Shown: in pieces, positions 34,620 through 46,765 of the stretch
Position numbering within the stretch: position 1 is the first letter of the stretch
How the letters are laid out: each line of letters opens with the position of its first letter
NCBI GenBank assembly: GCA_964234715.1
Contig: OZ174276.1
Length of the DNA: 64,000 bases
Source: Podarcis melisellensis
Lineage: Eukaryota
Strand: one strand, 5' to 3'
Program-made: the position numbers and the translations under genes
The notes under the pieces: model-generated
Seen by the model: the letters and a program-made list of their open reading frames with translations, nothing else
Database searches by the model: none
What the model was told of the DNA's origin: nothing

Positions 34620-35610
34620 CAAAGACTTACCTGATTCAATGGGTACAGAGATACAGGGCTGAGTATCATACATGCTGATGACATCTCAGAGATCTCTAAT
34701 GACCACTCCCAATGGCTTCATAGAAATGTTAAACAGCATTGGAGCCAAAATAGAACCCCATGGTACTCCACAGCCCAAAAGATCCTAAGGGGTCAAGCAG
34801 GTATTACCAAATGTCACTTTGTGTTAGTGACCCTGTAGTAGAGTACAGCACTCTTGTGTCACAGCTCCCTACTCACAGATACCATGGCTGATGGTATCAA
34901 AAGCAGCTGAGAGATCGAGGGGAACCAACAGGAACACTCTCTCCCTGTCTCTTTCCCAATAAAGATCATCTATCACAGCAACCAAGGCTGATTCTTCTCC
35001 CAAACCAGGCCTGAACCCAGAATGGAATTGAATTACATAAACTGTTTCCTGGAGTACCTGGAGATAGCGGTGTAGCTAGCCGCTCGAGTGCCCAGGGTGG
35101 AGAATGTCCTGTTCCCTGGGATGGGGCAAGCCGCCCATAGGGTGGGGCAAGCCGGGACAGGATGCACTACACGGAGCTTCCAAGGACTCTGTCTTCCCCC
35201 TCCCCCTCAGTTGTAGGGTGGCTGAGGGGGAGGCGGCAGGCAAACGCAAGCCCCCTGCTGCCATTTCGAGCAGAGCAGAGCCTACAGGCGCCCAAGCCAC
35301 CACATCACTCCCAGGAGAGTTGCATGGCTCAGGTGCGCTGCAGGCCCCACAGTAAGTGCCGCCCCCCACAGTGTGGGGCCCAGTGCCCTTCACCCCCTGC
35401 CTCCCCCCCCAGCTACACCTCTGCCTGGAGATGCACTGCCACCACCCGCTTGACCACTTTTCCTAAGAAGGGGATATTTGCAACCAGGAAGTTGTTGTTG
35501 CAAACCTCCAGGTCTAATCTGGGTTTTTAAAGCAGTGGTTGCACCACTGCCTGCTTCAGAGTGGCAGGTACCAACTTCTTCTGCAGCAATGCATTCATCA
35601 CACATCAGAC
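34620..35610 (-). mobile_element. Decayed L2-like RT fragment interrupted by a hAT-type MITE
   Basis: Minus-strand remnants such as LSAAFDTI and VANIPFLGKVVKRVVA on either side of the insertion. Confidence 0.6.
35065..35423. mobile_element. hAT-type non-autonomous DNA transposon
   Basis: TIR TAGCGGTGTAGCT / AGCTACACCTCTG; perfect 8-bp TSD CCTGGAGA. Confidence 0.75.
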
Positions 35611-36812
35611 CCATTCAGGCAACCTCTTCTGGCTTGTTCACCCAAGTCACATAGGAAAAGGGTCCAGAGAGCACATGATACTCCATACCACTGTGTGTTT
35701 TGTCCACATGCTCAGAATCCAAAAGCTGAAACAGAGCCTATAAAACTAGACCAGCCAGCGAAGTGTACACCTTCCCTGGACTTGTTATATTTACTCTAGA
35801 GTCCATCTCAGCACAGAGGTAAGCAATTTTATCCTCAAAATGCCTTGCATACTTGTGTGCAAGTGATCCAGTCTGCCATTGACTGGGGCTAATGACAAGA
35901 GCCCTTCACTTTTCAGACCAGCTCTGCTAGATGGCAGTGTGATTTTCTGTTCAACAGTGCTTACTCCCAGTTAAGCATGCATAATAAGGCACTGTGCATT
36001 TAGGACTGAAATCTTGTGCCAACTAATGTAATATGAGGGAGCTGAGCTTGATGTGGATAGAACTGTCCTTTCCCAAAGGCTTGTTTACAAGCCCGATTTT
36101 ATATGTATTTATTTGCAAGTAAATTCATCTGTATTCAATGTGGCTTACTCTGAAGTAAGCATGCACAGGATTGCAGGTTTAGTGGAACTTACTTCCAAGC
36201 AGAAACCATGCATAGGATTGGGTAGTATCTTGTAGCTCACTGAAGGCCACAGGGTCAAGCCCTGGTATATTTATGTAGGGTTTGGAAAGGCTCCCATTTG
36301 CAATCCTGGAGAACAAATCACTTTAAGCAGCACTAAGCTTGCCAGATAGACCAATGTAAGTCCAGTCACTTTTCAAGTCCTCTGCAGAGGCTGTGAAGAC
36401 AGAAGAGCAGCTGCTATGGCGGGTGGGGTGGAGAAAGCAAAAGTGCCTCTGTCTAGCCCTGTCCGTGTAACTGTCTTGGTTTTAAAGGGGGAGATCCATC
36501 TGCACTGGGATTTTGTTCCAGAACCTCTTCTCAGCCAGTGCCATGGCACGTCTTGAATAGTTAGCACCAGCATCACCTTGTGAGCAGTGTTTTTCTCTTC
36601 CGCAGCATGTGTGGGGTTGCTGGAGGTAAAGGAATGTTGCTTTTGAGCAGCTCATCTCGTTTTATGAAACCCAGGAGGATTTCATAAACAAGAAGGTTCT
36701 TGTTTCGTTCTGTTCTAGTTTTTAGTGTGTATTTTGAATTTTTATCTTGTCTTTTTATGCTTTGTATGTGAATTGCCCTGAGATGGACAGATGAAGGGCA
36801 GCATGCATATGT

Positions 36813-36880
36813 AAAACAAAACAAAACAAAACAAAACAAAACAAAACAAAACAAAACAAAACAAAACAAAACAAAACAAA
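36813..36880. repeat. (AAAAC)n microsatellite near the start of DNAH12 intron 1
   Basis: Seen directly. Confidence 0.95.
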
Positions 36881-36978
36881 AAACAACAACTTGCTGGTGG
36901 TGCCAAGGCTCCCCGCCCCCTGGCCCATAAAGAACTGCCGGTCTGACTTCCGGCCTTGCTCGCCTCCCGGCTGCTTAC

Positions 36979-37140
36979 CTTTCTCAGCGCCGGAGCCCCG
37001 CAAGAAGGGCGAAAGTTTGGCGGGCGGCGGAGGGTCTGCTGCCCTTTTTGGGGGAGACAGGAACGGGCTTGAGCTGCGGCGACGCCGAGCTCCACACACG
37101 CTTCGCGGTTCGTCGCCGGCGGCAGCAGCAGCGCGTTGTC
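36979..37140 (-). other. DNAH12: Putative non-coding exon 1 of DNAH12 (5' boundary approximate)
   Basis: Strong donor AG|GTAAGC at 36979/36978 inside a CpG island just downstream of the X-boxes. The first coding exon is preceded by an acceptor, so an upstream exon is needed. Confidence 0.6.
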
Positions 37141-37166
37141 AACAACGCCTCGGTTGCTATGGCGAC
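37133..37166. promoter_or_regulatory. RFX X-box pair in the DNAH12 promoter CpG island
   Basis: GTTGCTATGGCGAC (37153-37166) fits the RFX X-box consensus; adjacent near-palindrome GCGTTGTCAACAACGC; typical of ciliary genes. Confidence 0.75.
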
Positions 37167-37416
37167 AGGAGGCCGGCCATTTCCCCCAGGCTCCTTCGCG
37201 AGCGGGCGCTGGAGTCCGGCTCTGAATAATGGAGTCCGCAGGGCGCAGCGAGGAAAGGCTCCCGACAGAGGGAGCCGGAGGCTGAGCGGAGCTGCCGCAG
37301 AAAGGGGCGCTTTTTGGGAAGAAACGCAGATCTGCTGGAAGACGACGTGGTTTGCTGAAGCGAGCTGTTGACGCTCCCTTTATAATCATAATCACAATCG
37401 CAATTATGATGAAAGA

Positions 37417-37553
37417 CAGGCATAGGCAAACTCGGCTCTTTAGATGTTTTGGGACTACAACTCCCATCATCCCTAGCTAACAGGACCAGTGGTCAGGGAT
37501 GAGGGGAATTGTAGTCTCAAAACATCTGGGGGGGCCGAGTTTGCCTATGCCTG
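37417..37553. mobile_element. Short palindromic hAT-type MITE upstream of the DNAH12 promoter
   Basis: TIR CAGGCATAGGCAAACTCGGC; 8-bp TSD ATGAAAGA/ATAAAAGA. Confidence 0.85.
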
Positions 37554-38305
37554 ATAAAAGAGGTGGCTAGGCTCAGCCATGCTGCTTTGGCCCCAAAACC
37601 AATCCTTCCACTGCCCAAGTGCCTTCATTTACTTCATAGTGTATAGGAAATGCACCCTACAGGTGTTCAGATGTAGACTTGGGTATAGCTTCCTGTGCTA
37701 TCAAAGATGCCGGTTCAAATCAGAGGGAAGCCAAGTCTTCATAGGAACATAGCAAGGTGCCTGTGAGCAGTGGCCATGCAGGGTTTCAGCCTTTCCCAAA
37801 ACCTACCGGTAGATGCCATGGCTTGAACCCAGGACTTTATGCATGCAAGTGTGCTTTGCCGCTGAACTACAGTTCCTTTCACGATCAGCTTGAATGGCAT
37901 ACACACAAGGTTTGCTGCCCTGGATCATGCTTTTTCATATGTTGTACAAGTACTTTATATAAAGGTTACAGAATGCTGTTTGTCATAGGATTTAATAAAA
38001 AACACTGCTTCTACCATATGGCCCAATGCCACATAACATTTCTGACATGCAGAACTCTGGTGGTTCACTGCAATCTGTTTGAATGAACTGATAGGCCTAC
38101 ATCCAAACTTTGCAGTAGAATCATACCCATGTCTCCTCAAATGTAGGAGCTAGGTGTGTAAATAGGATTGTAACCTCAATCGCTTCCAAGCTGGATTGCT
38201 GTAATGCACTTTAGATGGTGCTGTCCTTGAAGACAGTCCACAGCTTTAACCACGGTGTGGCTGGAGTTTTTTTTTGGGCTTAACAGGAAATATATTGTGC
38301 TTTTG

Positions 38306-38680
38306 AATTGATGCTTTTGAATTATGGTGCTGGAGGAGACTCTTGAGAGTCCCATGGACTGCCAGAAGATCAAACGTATCCATTCTTAAGGAAATCAGCC
38401 CTGAGTGCTCACTGGAAGGACAGATCGTGAAGCTGAGGCTCCAATACTTTGGCCACCTCATGAGAAGAGAAGACTCCCTGGAAAAGACCCTGATGATGGG
38501 AAAGACTGAGGGCACAAAAAGAAGGGGACGACAGAGGACGAGATGGTTGGACAGTGTTCTCGAAGCTACCAGCATGAGTTTGACCAAACTGTGGGAGGCA
38601 GTGAAAGACAGGAGTGCCTGGCGTGCTCTGGTCCATGGGGTCACGAAGAGTCAGACACGACTAAACGACTACACAACAAC
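38306..38680 (+). mobile_element. RTE/BovB LINE 3' end
   Basis: RVPWTARRSN.SILKEI.PE.SLEG...YFGHLMRR.DSLEKTLM; (CAA)n-like tail. Confidence 0.9.
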
Positions 38681-39773
38681 ATCACAAACATTGTGCTGTT
38701 TGTGAATCAGTTAAATTTATTTCCAGTTTGTTTTCAAGCTAAACCCAAGGCACTGTCTCAAGCTGGTGTTGAATCAGTGCATATCAAGAACTACCTCCTC
38801 CAATCTCACATGAAACTTCTCATGACCTTTGCTCAGATAGCCTTCTTGTTCCCCTGTCAACAGAGATGTAGTGGGTGGGAATGAAAGAGAAGGCCTTTTC
38901 AACAGCATTCTAAAACAGATTTGTGGGGCCCCTTCTGCTTTTGTCTATTATTTTATTTCAGTGCTTGTTGGTTTCCAATAGGGATCTGGTGGGAGACTGT
39001 GTTACCTTAAGGCTGAGCTATATAGGCCTTTGGTTCAATCCAACAGAGGATTGTTAACCTGAAGCAAAAAGAAGAGTATTATGGCACCGTAAAGACGAAC
39101 ACATTAGTGAGGGCATAAACTTTCATGGACTAGTCTACTTCTATCTGTATGAATTGCTATCTTGAGTCTTGAGTGGTTGTAGGGGGGGAAATCGTATGCT
39201 GATTCATACTACGGGGGCCACTTCATTCTATTGTTGTTCATATGTACTAAAATAACATTTATTTAGGTAAGTCTACCAAGAAAATGGTTGATTTTATCTA
39301 TATTTTGATAATTTTATTATATCCTTGTTCTTAAAGCCCACTGATTTTATCAGTATTTTAAAATTAATATTTTATATAAAACTTTTGAGTTTTTTGATTG
39401 AGCAATGTATTACATCTGGTTAAATAAATCAAAATAAATAAACAGTGGGGTGAGCCGTATTGTAATTAAGGGTGGTCTGCACTGGGCAGCAGCTTCCAGA
39501 GGGTGGCCCAACCGTGGGCCTGCAGGCGGCCCAGCTGTCGCCTCCCCCTCAGCCATGGCCACCCTCCAGCGAACCAAGCACTGCTGGAAAAAGCAGTGCA
39601 GGGCACAGTGCCAAGGAAACACCCAGGAAGGGCCCCCACACCTGTGGGCAGCGCAGACACTCAAGGGTCACATGTAAGCCCTGGGTGCCTTGCTACACTG
39701 CTGGGGGGGAGAGGAAATAAAGTGCAGAAAGTACAGACAGTGCTAATTACATAATTAACAGTTGGTAGAGCCT

Positions 39774-40112
39774 GGGATGCAGGTGGCGCTGTGAGTTAAA
39801 CCACAGAGCCTAGGACTTGCCGATCAGAAGGTCGGCGGTTCGAATCGCCGAGACAGGGTGAGTTCTCTTTGCTCGGTCCCTGCTCCTGCCAACCTAGCAG
39901 TTCGAAAGCACATCAAAGTGCAAGTAGATAAATAGGTACCGCTCTGGCAGGAAGGTAAACGGCGTTTCCGTGCGCTGCTCTGGTTCACCAGAAGCAGCTT
40001 ACGTCATGCTGGCCACATGACCCGGAAGCTGTACGCCGGCTCCCTCGGCTAGTAAAGTGAGATGAGCGCCGCAACCCCAGTCGGTTACGACTGGGCCTAA
40101 TGGTCAGGGGTC
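39774..40112 (+). mobile_element. Sauria SINE inserted into a tRNA-derived CR1-tailed SINE (host 39759-40220)
   Basis: Host head CAGTTGGTAGAG before the insert; GGTTCGAGCCCCACGTTGG...GTCCCTTCCA after it. Confidence 0.8.
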
Positions 40113-40919
40113 ATGGGACCTTAGGGTTGTGGTTCGAGCCCCACGTTGGATAAGAGATTCCTGCATTGCAAGGGGTTGGACTGGATGACCCTGGTGGTCC
40201 CTTCCAAATCTACAATTCTGTTGTTGCTGTTTCATCACCCCATGGACCAGAACCAATTCTATTACTGTATTCTAATTCATAAAACAATAGTTGATAACAT
40301 CCAGGCATTTCTAAGTCATGCAAGAACTATTTCTCAATTTAACGCACTGAAACTCTTTATGCATTGCAATAAAAAGCTGTACAATAATGTAATGAAAAAT
40401 TATTGTTTTTTCCAGGATAGCCATTCTAAGGCCCCTTAACAGTGTTCTGGGAAGTTGAAATGTTCCCCCATTCGCTCTGGTTCAGATGTTCAGGTTGTGT
40501 CATTCCTTAGGTAGCCAAAATGACGCAATCCATTCACAAAAGGGTAGTATCAGCAGGCTTGAGAGAAGCCTGAACGCTGCACACGGCTACATTTGACTGT
40601 ACATCCGACCTGCATATACTAATAGAGAACTACCACCACACACAAAGCGGTAAGTCTTAGCAGGGCTGGAGGCGGGAGCCCCAAGATATGTAACAGAACA
40701 AAAAAGAGACAAAAATCCCCTAAATGTGAGGACACCCCCCCCCCGCAAAAAAGGGCATGCTCAGCTAGCATGGAGCGTCGGCTGATAGAAAACGGCTGCA
40801 GCGTTCTGTTGCAAGTCCAACAAAATACGAAATACGTAAGATGAGATCTGGGAAATAACGACCAGGCACTTCCAGCTTGTTCAACCCCCCGCATAAGATT
40901 TATTGAGAGATTCACAGGT

Positions 40920-41180
40920 TACCAACTTCCGGGTTCATCTCCCTCTACGCTCCCGGCCCCCCCCCTTTTAAGGGAGGCGTGGACACAATTTCCCAGCAGG
41001 CCTCGCGTTTCCTGCTCCGGCCCTCTCGCCTCTCGCCCCGGCTTTTCCCATCGTCCCTTGCGGGGCGGGGCAGCCAAAGTGGCTGAGTCCTGCCTGGCAA
41101 CGGAGGAGAGCCGGAGAGCGAGGCCGGGAGGCGCAGGGCAGAGCGGCGCGAATGGTGCTCGCGTGGCGGCTGCGAGTTCA
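40920..41180 (+). promoter_or_regulatory. PDE12 CpG-island promoter
   Basis: ETS/GABP-like ACTTCCGG at 40925 and GC box at 41062-41071; CpG-rich through exon 1. Confidence 0.65.
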
Positions 41181-42472
41181 TGTGGCGCCTGCTCCGCGGC
41201 ACGCTGAGAGCCCTTCCCGGCCTGAGGAGGCGGCGGCCGCCGCAGCCGCGGCCGAGCGGTTCTGGCCCCGCCAGCGGCGCGCTGCCCGCCATGGAGCGGG
41301 CCGTGGTGCGCTGCGTGCCGGCCGAGCCTAAGCTGAGCGTGTCCTTCGTGCTGGGCGACGGCAGCGCCCGGCACATGCAGCGCGACCAGGCGGAGCCGCT
41401 GGGCCGGGCGCTGGCGCGCATCGCCAACAACGCCGGCAAAGGCCACGCCAAGGCGGCCAAGAAGAGCAAGAAGGCGCGGGCCGAGGCCGAGGCTGCCGTG
41501 CCGCCGCCGCCGCCGCCCGCCGTCTGCCTCTTCTCCCAGGACGGCGAGGCCGTGGCCGAGGACGTGCCCAACGCCGAGGCCTGGCAGGACGGCGCCGTGC
41601 TGCAGATCGGGGAGGCCCGCTACCGCGTGGAGCGCAACCCGCCGGCGCTGACGGAGCTGCAGCTGCCGCGCTCGCTGCTGGCCGGCTTCCCCGTCTGCCC
41701 CAAGCTGCGCGCCGAGTTCGGCTCGCCCCGCGACTGCCTCTTCCGCTGGTACCAGGAGCAGAAGGCCGAGCCGGCCGTGGGGACGGCGGCTGCCGCTGCT
41801 GCCGGGGGGGAAGCTCCGGGCGGCTGGGTGGAAGCGCCAGGCGGCGCCGAGCGGGTCTTCACGCCCAGCAACGCGCACATCGGGCTGCGCCTCAAGCTGG
41901 TCTGCACGCCGGGCAACGGGCAGCGGCGCTACGGGCTGCCCCGCGAGGTGGAGAGCAGCGGCCCCGTGGAGGCCGGGCCGGGCGCCTGCACTTTCGACGC
42001 GCGCCACCTGTACACCAAGAAAGTGACCGGGCCGGGCCTCATCCGCACCGTCACCTACAACGTCCTGGCCGACGTCTACGCGCAGACGGAGCTCTCGCGG
42101 ACCGTGCTGTACCCGTACTGCGCGCCCTACTCGCTGGAGCTCGACTACCGGCAGAACCTGCTGAAGAAGGAGCTGGCCGGCTACAGCGCCGACATCATCT
42201 GCCTGCAGGAGGTGGACAAGTCCGTCTTCGCCGACAGCCTGGGCCCCGCGCTGGACGCCTTCGGCCTGGAGGGCCTCTTCAAGATCAAGGAGAAGCAGCA
42301 CGAGGGCCTGGCCACTTTCTACCGAAGGGACAAGTTCAGCCTCCTCAGCCAGCACGACATCGCCTTGAACCAGGCGCTCCTCGAGGATCCCCTGCACAAA
42401 GAACTGCGAGACAAGCTGGCCCCCTATCCGGAGGTGCAGGAAAAAGTGCACCAGCGGTCCTCTGTGTTGCAG
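41180..42472 (+). CDS. PDE12: PDE12 exon 1
   Basis: ORF track; CAG|GTAGAA donor. Confidence 0.95.
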
Positions 42473-44061
42473 GTAGAAGTTAAAGGGAGAGGGGGTTAGG
42501 GGGATAGGGAATGGCGGAAGTTGGCTCTAAGCTGAGTAAGGGGACCAGATCGAGAGAAAGGCAGGCTTCCTGTACTTCTCATGCAGGAATTGAATAGGTA
42601 CACTTTTTGCAAAGCTGCCTCTCCATGAAAGGTGCACCAGGCTGCTTCCCTTTACATCCCATTGCTTTGGGGCCAACTGCTCTTCCCTCAATACTCTTCC
42701 CAGGCCACACACCTCAGTGGTCCTGTTCCAGGCCCTCTTCAGGTCCTTTTGTCTTGCTGGAATGTGTCTGAATTGTAGCAATGCCTCTTGCTTGCCTTGA
42801 ATTGAGATTTCTATGTTGGGGGAGGGGATATGGAAACCTTTGATTCTTGTGTGTGTCAAGAATGTAGCCTGATGCATAATAGTAAGAGTCACATCCATTG
42901 CTCTGGCCACTTTCTTTTACTTCTTGCCCAGCCCGTCTCAGGCATTCAGCCTCCAGATGGTTGCCCATAAGAGAATAGAAAGTTCCTCACCCCTGATCTA
43001 TGGCTAGGTATGAGCAGAACATTTTTTTTAAAAACCCATCAGAAATAGACCATCAATCATGTATCCTAAATCCCCATGTTCAGGAAAATCTATTAGTGCC
43101 TCTTTTCCTCTAGAGCAGAAGTAGGGAACCTGTAGCCCTCCACATGCTGTTTGACTCCAACTCCATCCACTCAGCCAGCAGAGCCAAATTGTCAGGAATG
43201 TTGGGAGTTGTAGTTCAGCAACCTCTGGAGGGTCAGGGGCCAGAGGGTTCCCTATTCCTGCTCTACAACTTTGATGTCAAATGAAGGATTGCTAGGCTGG
43301 AGTTACAGCTAGCAATTCCAAATGGAGTTCCACTTAATACTTGTAAGCAGTGTTAGAAACTCAGATATGAAAACTAGGAACTAAACGGTACCTTAAACCT
43401 AGGTTATGGGTGCAACAACAGAATGTCTGGGTGCGCTTTTTTATAACAAGAATACAGTGCTGAAAATGAATGAACTGTGGCTAAAATATTACATTGCTTT
43501 TTCACATGGTCTAGGCCTTTCTCTGCCCACTCCCCTAATATTCTTAATAGGGTCTCTTCTCCAGTCTTCAAAGAGTAGTCAGAAGTGGGGAGGCAGAAAA
43601 AGGTCATCCTTTCCTTCCACTCTGCCGTTTTACTCTGAAATCTTAGTTGTGGTACTGCGCCCAGAGCTCGGAAACTGCTCATGCAAATGAAATTCCCTGT
43701 CGCAAAATGCGCCTAGAACAATGGGAGTTTCAAACACTACTTGTAAACAGAACATGGCTTGGAAATGGATGCCAGGATATAAAGAAAGGGGAGTAGAGTA
43801 AGCTTAGTTCAGTCCAGCTGGTTGACAGTGGGGGTGGGGTGAATGAGAGACCCACACATCATATTTATAATTTTAGGCCGGTAGCTTTATTAGCACAGAA
43901 TTGTTATAAGAAGTCAGTTTTAAAATACAGTAAGCCTGCAACTTATGCAGGAGTTATGTGCCAGGTTTCACATCTAAAGCAAAAATCATGTATACTATAG
44001 TAAAAATCCATTGGGTTCAATGGTGGATGAGGTTGCCCAAGTCATTTTTCCTGGAACCCTG

Positions 44062-44098
<37 letters not shown>

Positions 44099-46765
44099 CA
44101 TCCATCTATCTATCCACCTGCTATCTATCCATCCATCTATCGCCACATGTGTAAAGCTGAATGCACACAAGATAGATGCATGTTGCCAGCTTACAGTCCT
44201 TCCTGGCTTACCGTAATTTCCATGTTCCTTGTAGGTTTCTGTTCTTCAGTCAACAAACGATTCTTCAAGAAAGATTTGTGTTGCCAACACCCACCTATAC
44301 TGGCACCCAAAAGGTAATTCTGTTAACAATACAATGAACCATTTTAGGGTATATTTTGGGCCCTGAGGTGGGTTATAAATTCAATATATTTATGTATTTC
44401 AGTATTAATAATAATAATAATTTTTTATTTATACCCCACCCTCCCCAGCCAAGGCCGGGCTCAGAGCGGCTTACAAGCAATAATAAAAACAAGATGAATG
44501 ATTGCAATTTAAAAACAAAAATAAAATACAACATTAAAATAATGGAACATTAAAGTATTAAAATGTAGCCTCATCGCAGGAGGAGGGGGGAAAGAGAGGG
44601 AGGGAGGGAATCAAATTGGCTCCAAGCCAAAGGCCAGGCGGAACAACTCTGTCTTACAGGCGCTGCGGAAAGAAATCAGATCCTGCAGGGCCCTGGTCTC
44701 ATGAGGCAGAGCGTTCCACCAGGCTGGAGCCAGAGTTGAAAAGGCCCTGGCCCTGGTTGAAGCCAATCTAACTTCCTTAGGGCCTGGGACCACTAGGGTG
44801 TTGTTATTTATGGACCTTGAGGCTCTCCATGGGGCATACCAGGAGAGGCGGTCCCGTAGGTACGAGGGTCCTAGGCCGTGAAGGGCTTTAAAGGTCAAAA
44901 GCAGCACCTTAAATCTGACCCTGTACTCCACCGGGAGCCAGTGCAGCTTGAAAAGCACTGGGTGAATATGCTCCCATGGCAGAGACCCCGTGAGGAGCCT
45001 CGCTGCAGCATTCTGTACCCGCTGGAGTTTCTGGGACAGCTTCAAGGGCAGCCCCGCATAGAGCGAATTACAGTAGTCAAGCCTGGAGATGACCGTCGCA
45101 TGGATCACTGTGGCCAGGTCGGGGCGGGAAAGGTAAGGGACCAACTGCTTGATGCGGCGAAGGTGGAAAAATGTCGCCTTGGCTGTTGCTGTAACTTGCG
45201 CCTCCATGGAAAGGGAGGCGTCAAGGATTACACCCAAACTCTTAACGGAAGGCAATGGCACTAATTGGGCCCTCGCAAGAGAAGGGATTTGGTCCCTCAT
45301 CCCCATGCTGTCCCGACCTAGCCATAGGACCTCTGTCTTCGAAGGATTTAGTTTCAATCGGCTCCCACGAAACCATCCAGCCACATTTCTAGTCCACATT
45401 TTCATAAAAAATACAGCATGTGTTAAACAACAAACAAAATTACAATGCCATCAGTAAAAGCTGGGGGGTGGGGTAGAATCCATGTTTCAAAGACCTGTCT
45501 GAATATCATATTTTTCTGGAGACGTATAAAAGTAGGCAGGAATGATTCCTGATGTGGGGAACCGCCAGAAGTGTCCAATCAGAGGATCTCAGTGGTCACA
45601 GTACTAAGAGCCCAAGTTGTTTAGGGCTTTGTGAACTAGCACCTTGACTCTGGCCCAGTAGCAAACTGGCAACCAGTGCAACACTCTCCTGTGAACAGCT
45701 GCTGCATTAGTTGCAATTTCCAGCTCAGATGCACAGGCAGCTCCACATAAAGCAAGTCTTGGGGTTATCAAGTAGTAATACATATGCAGTGTGTGAATCC
45801 TTTCATGAGAGCTGTTGACTGAACTGACATCCTGAGTAGCCTCAATAAGGAAAATGCTTCCTAGCCTTATTGCTGGACAAATGTGTGTAATTCCAAAGGA
45901 AAAGAAATACAGTGGTACCTTGGTTCCCGAATGGCTCAGTTGTCAAACAAATCTGCTCCCGAATGCCACAAGCCCGGAAGTAAGTGTTCCGGTTTGCAAA
46001 TGTTTTTCGGAAGCCGAACGTCCGAGGCAGCTTCTGACTGAGTACAGGAAGCTCCTGCAGCCAAATGGAAGCTGCACCTTGGTTTTTGAACGGTTTCGGG
46101 AGTCGAACGGACTCCCAGAATGGATTAAGTTTGAGAACCAAGGTACTCCTGACACACCCTTGGCTTTTTTGAAATGGCTTGCATTTGTAAGTGGTGATAA
46201 AAATTCCTCGGGCGGTTTGGGGTGGATGTTGAATGACTTAAGCTGAATTTTAAGTCTTATTGGTTGAAATGACTTTAAGCCTGAAGGTTAAAAATTGGTC
46301 CTTATTTTTATTTTGTCCTTAGGTGGGAACATCCGTCTAATCCAAGCTGCAATAGCATTGTCTCATATTAGGCATGTAACACATGACATATATCCTTCTA
46401 CTCCTGTCATATTCTGTGGGGATTTTAATAGCACACCATCAAGTGGAGCATATAGTTTCATCAGTTGTGGCAGCATTGCTGAAGAGCATGAGGATTGGGG
46501 CTCAAATGGAGAAGAGCAGCGGTGCACAATGTCTTTAGCCCATCCATTCAGACTGAAAAGTGCTTGTGGAGAACCAGCTTATACTAATTACGTTGGAGGC
46601 TTTCATGGATGTTTGGACTACATTTTCATTGATGCAAATGCTTTAGAGGTTGAACAAGTAATTCCACTGCCAAGTCATGAAGAAGTAACCACTCATCAGG
46701 CCTTACCAAGCGTTTCACACCCTTCAGATCATATAGCACTAATATGTGACTTAAAGTGGAAGTAG
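41180..46765 (+). CDS. PDE12: 2',5'-phosphodiesterase 12 (EEP/CCR4-family mitochondrial deadenylase), 3 exons, 604 aa
   Basis: Exons 41180-42472, 44235-44313 and 46323-46765 join in frame. Motifs YNVLAD, CLQEVD, NTHLYWHP, GDFNS and PSDHIAL; Arg-rich N-terminal presequence. Confidence 0.96.
44062..44140. repeat. (CTAT/CCAT)n microsatellite
   Basis: Seen directly. Confidence 0.9.
44235..44313 (+). CDS. PDE12: PDE12 exon 2 (VSVLQSTNDSSRKICVANTHLYWHPK)
   Basis: gtag| acceptor, G|GTAATT donor. Confidence 0.93.
44404..45385 (-). mobile_element. L2-clade LINE 3' fragment in PDE12 intron 2
   Basis: [31 protein letters not shown]; (ATT)n-type tail. Confidence 0.85.
45910..46150. mobile_element. Tc1/mariner-type MITE
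   Basis: CAGTGGTACC TIR; same subfamily as the 49891 and 56642 copies. Confidence 0.8.
46323..46765 (+). CDS. PDE12: PDE12 exon 3
   Basis: cttag| acceptor; ends ICDLKWK*. Confidence 0.95.

Noticed and set aside
36573-37470. ORFs with FCFVL repeats and a 242-aa ORF
   Set aside because: Translation of the (AAAAC)n microsatellite, the CpG island and a MITE.
40919-42451. 510-aa antisense ORF over PDE12 exon 1
   Set aside because: Shadow frame of a very GC-rich coding exon; low-complexity product with no recognisable domain.
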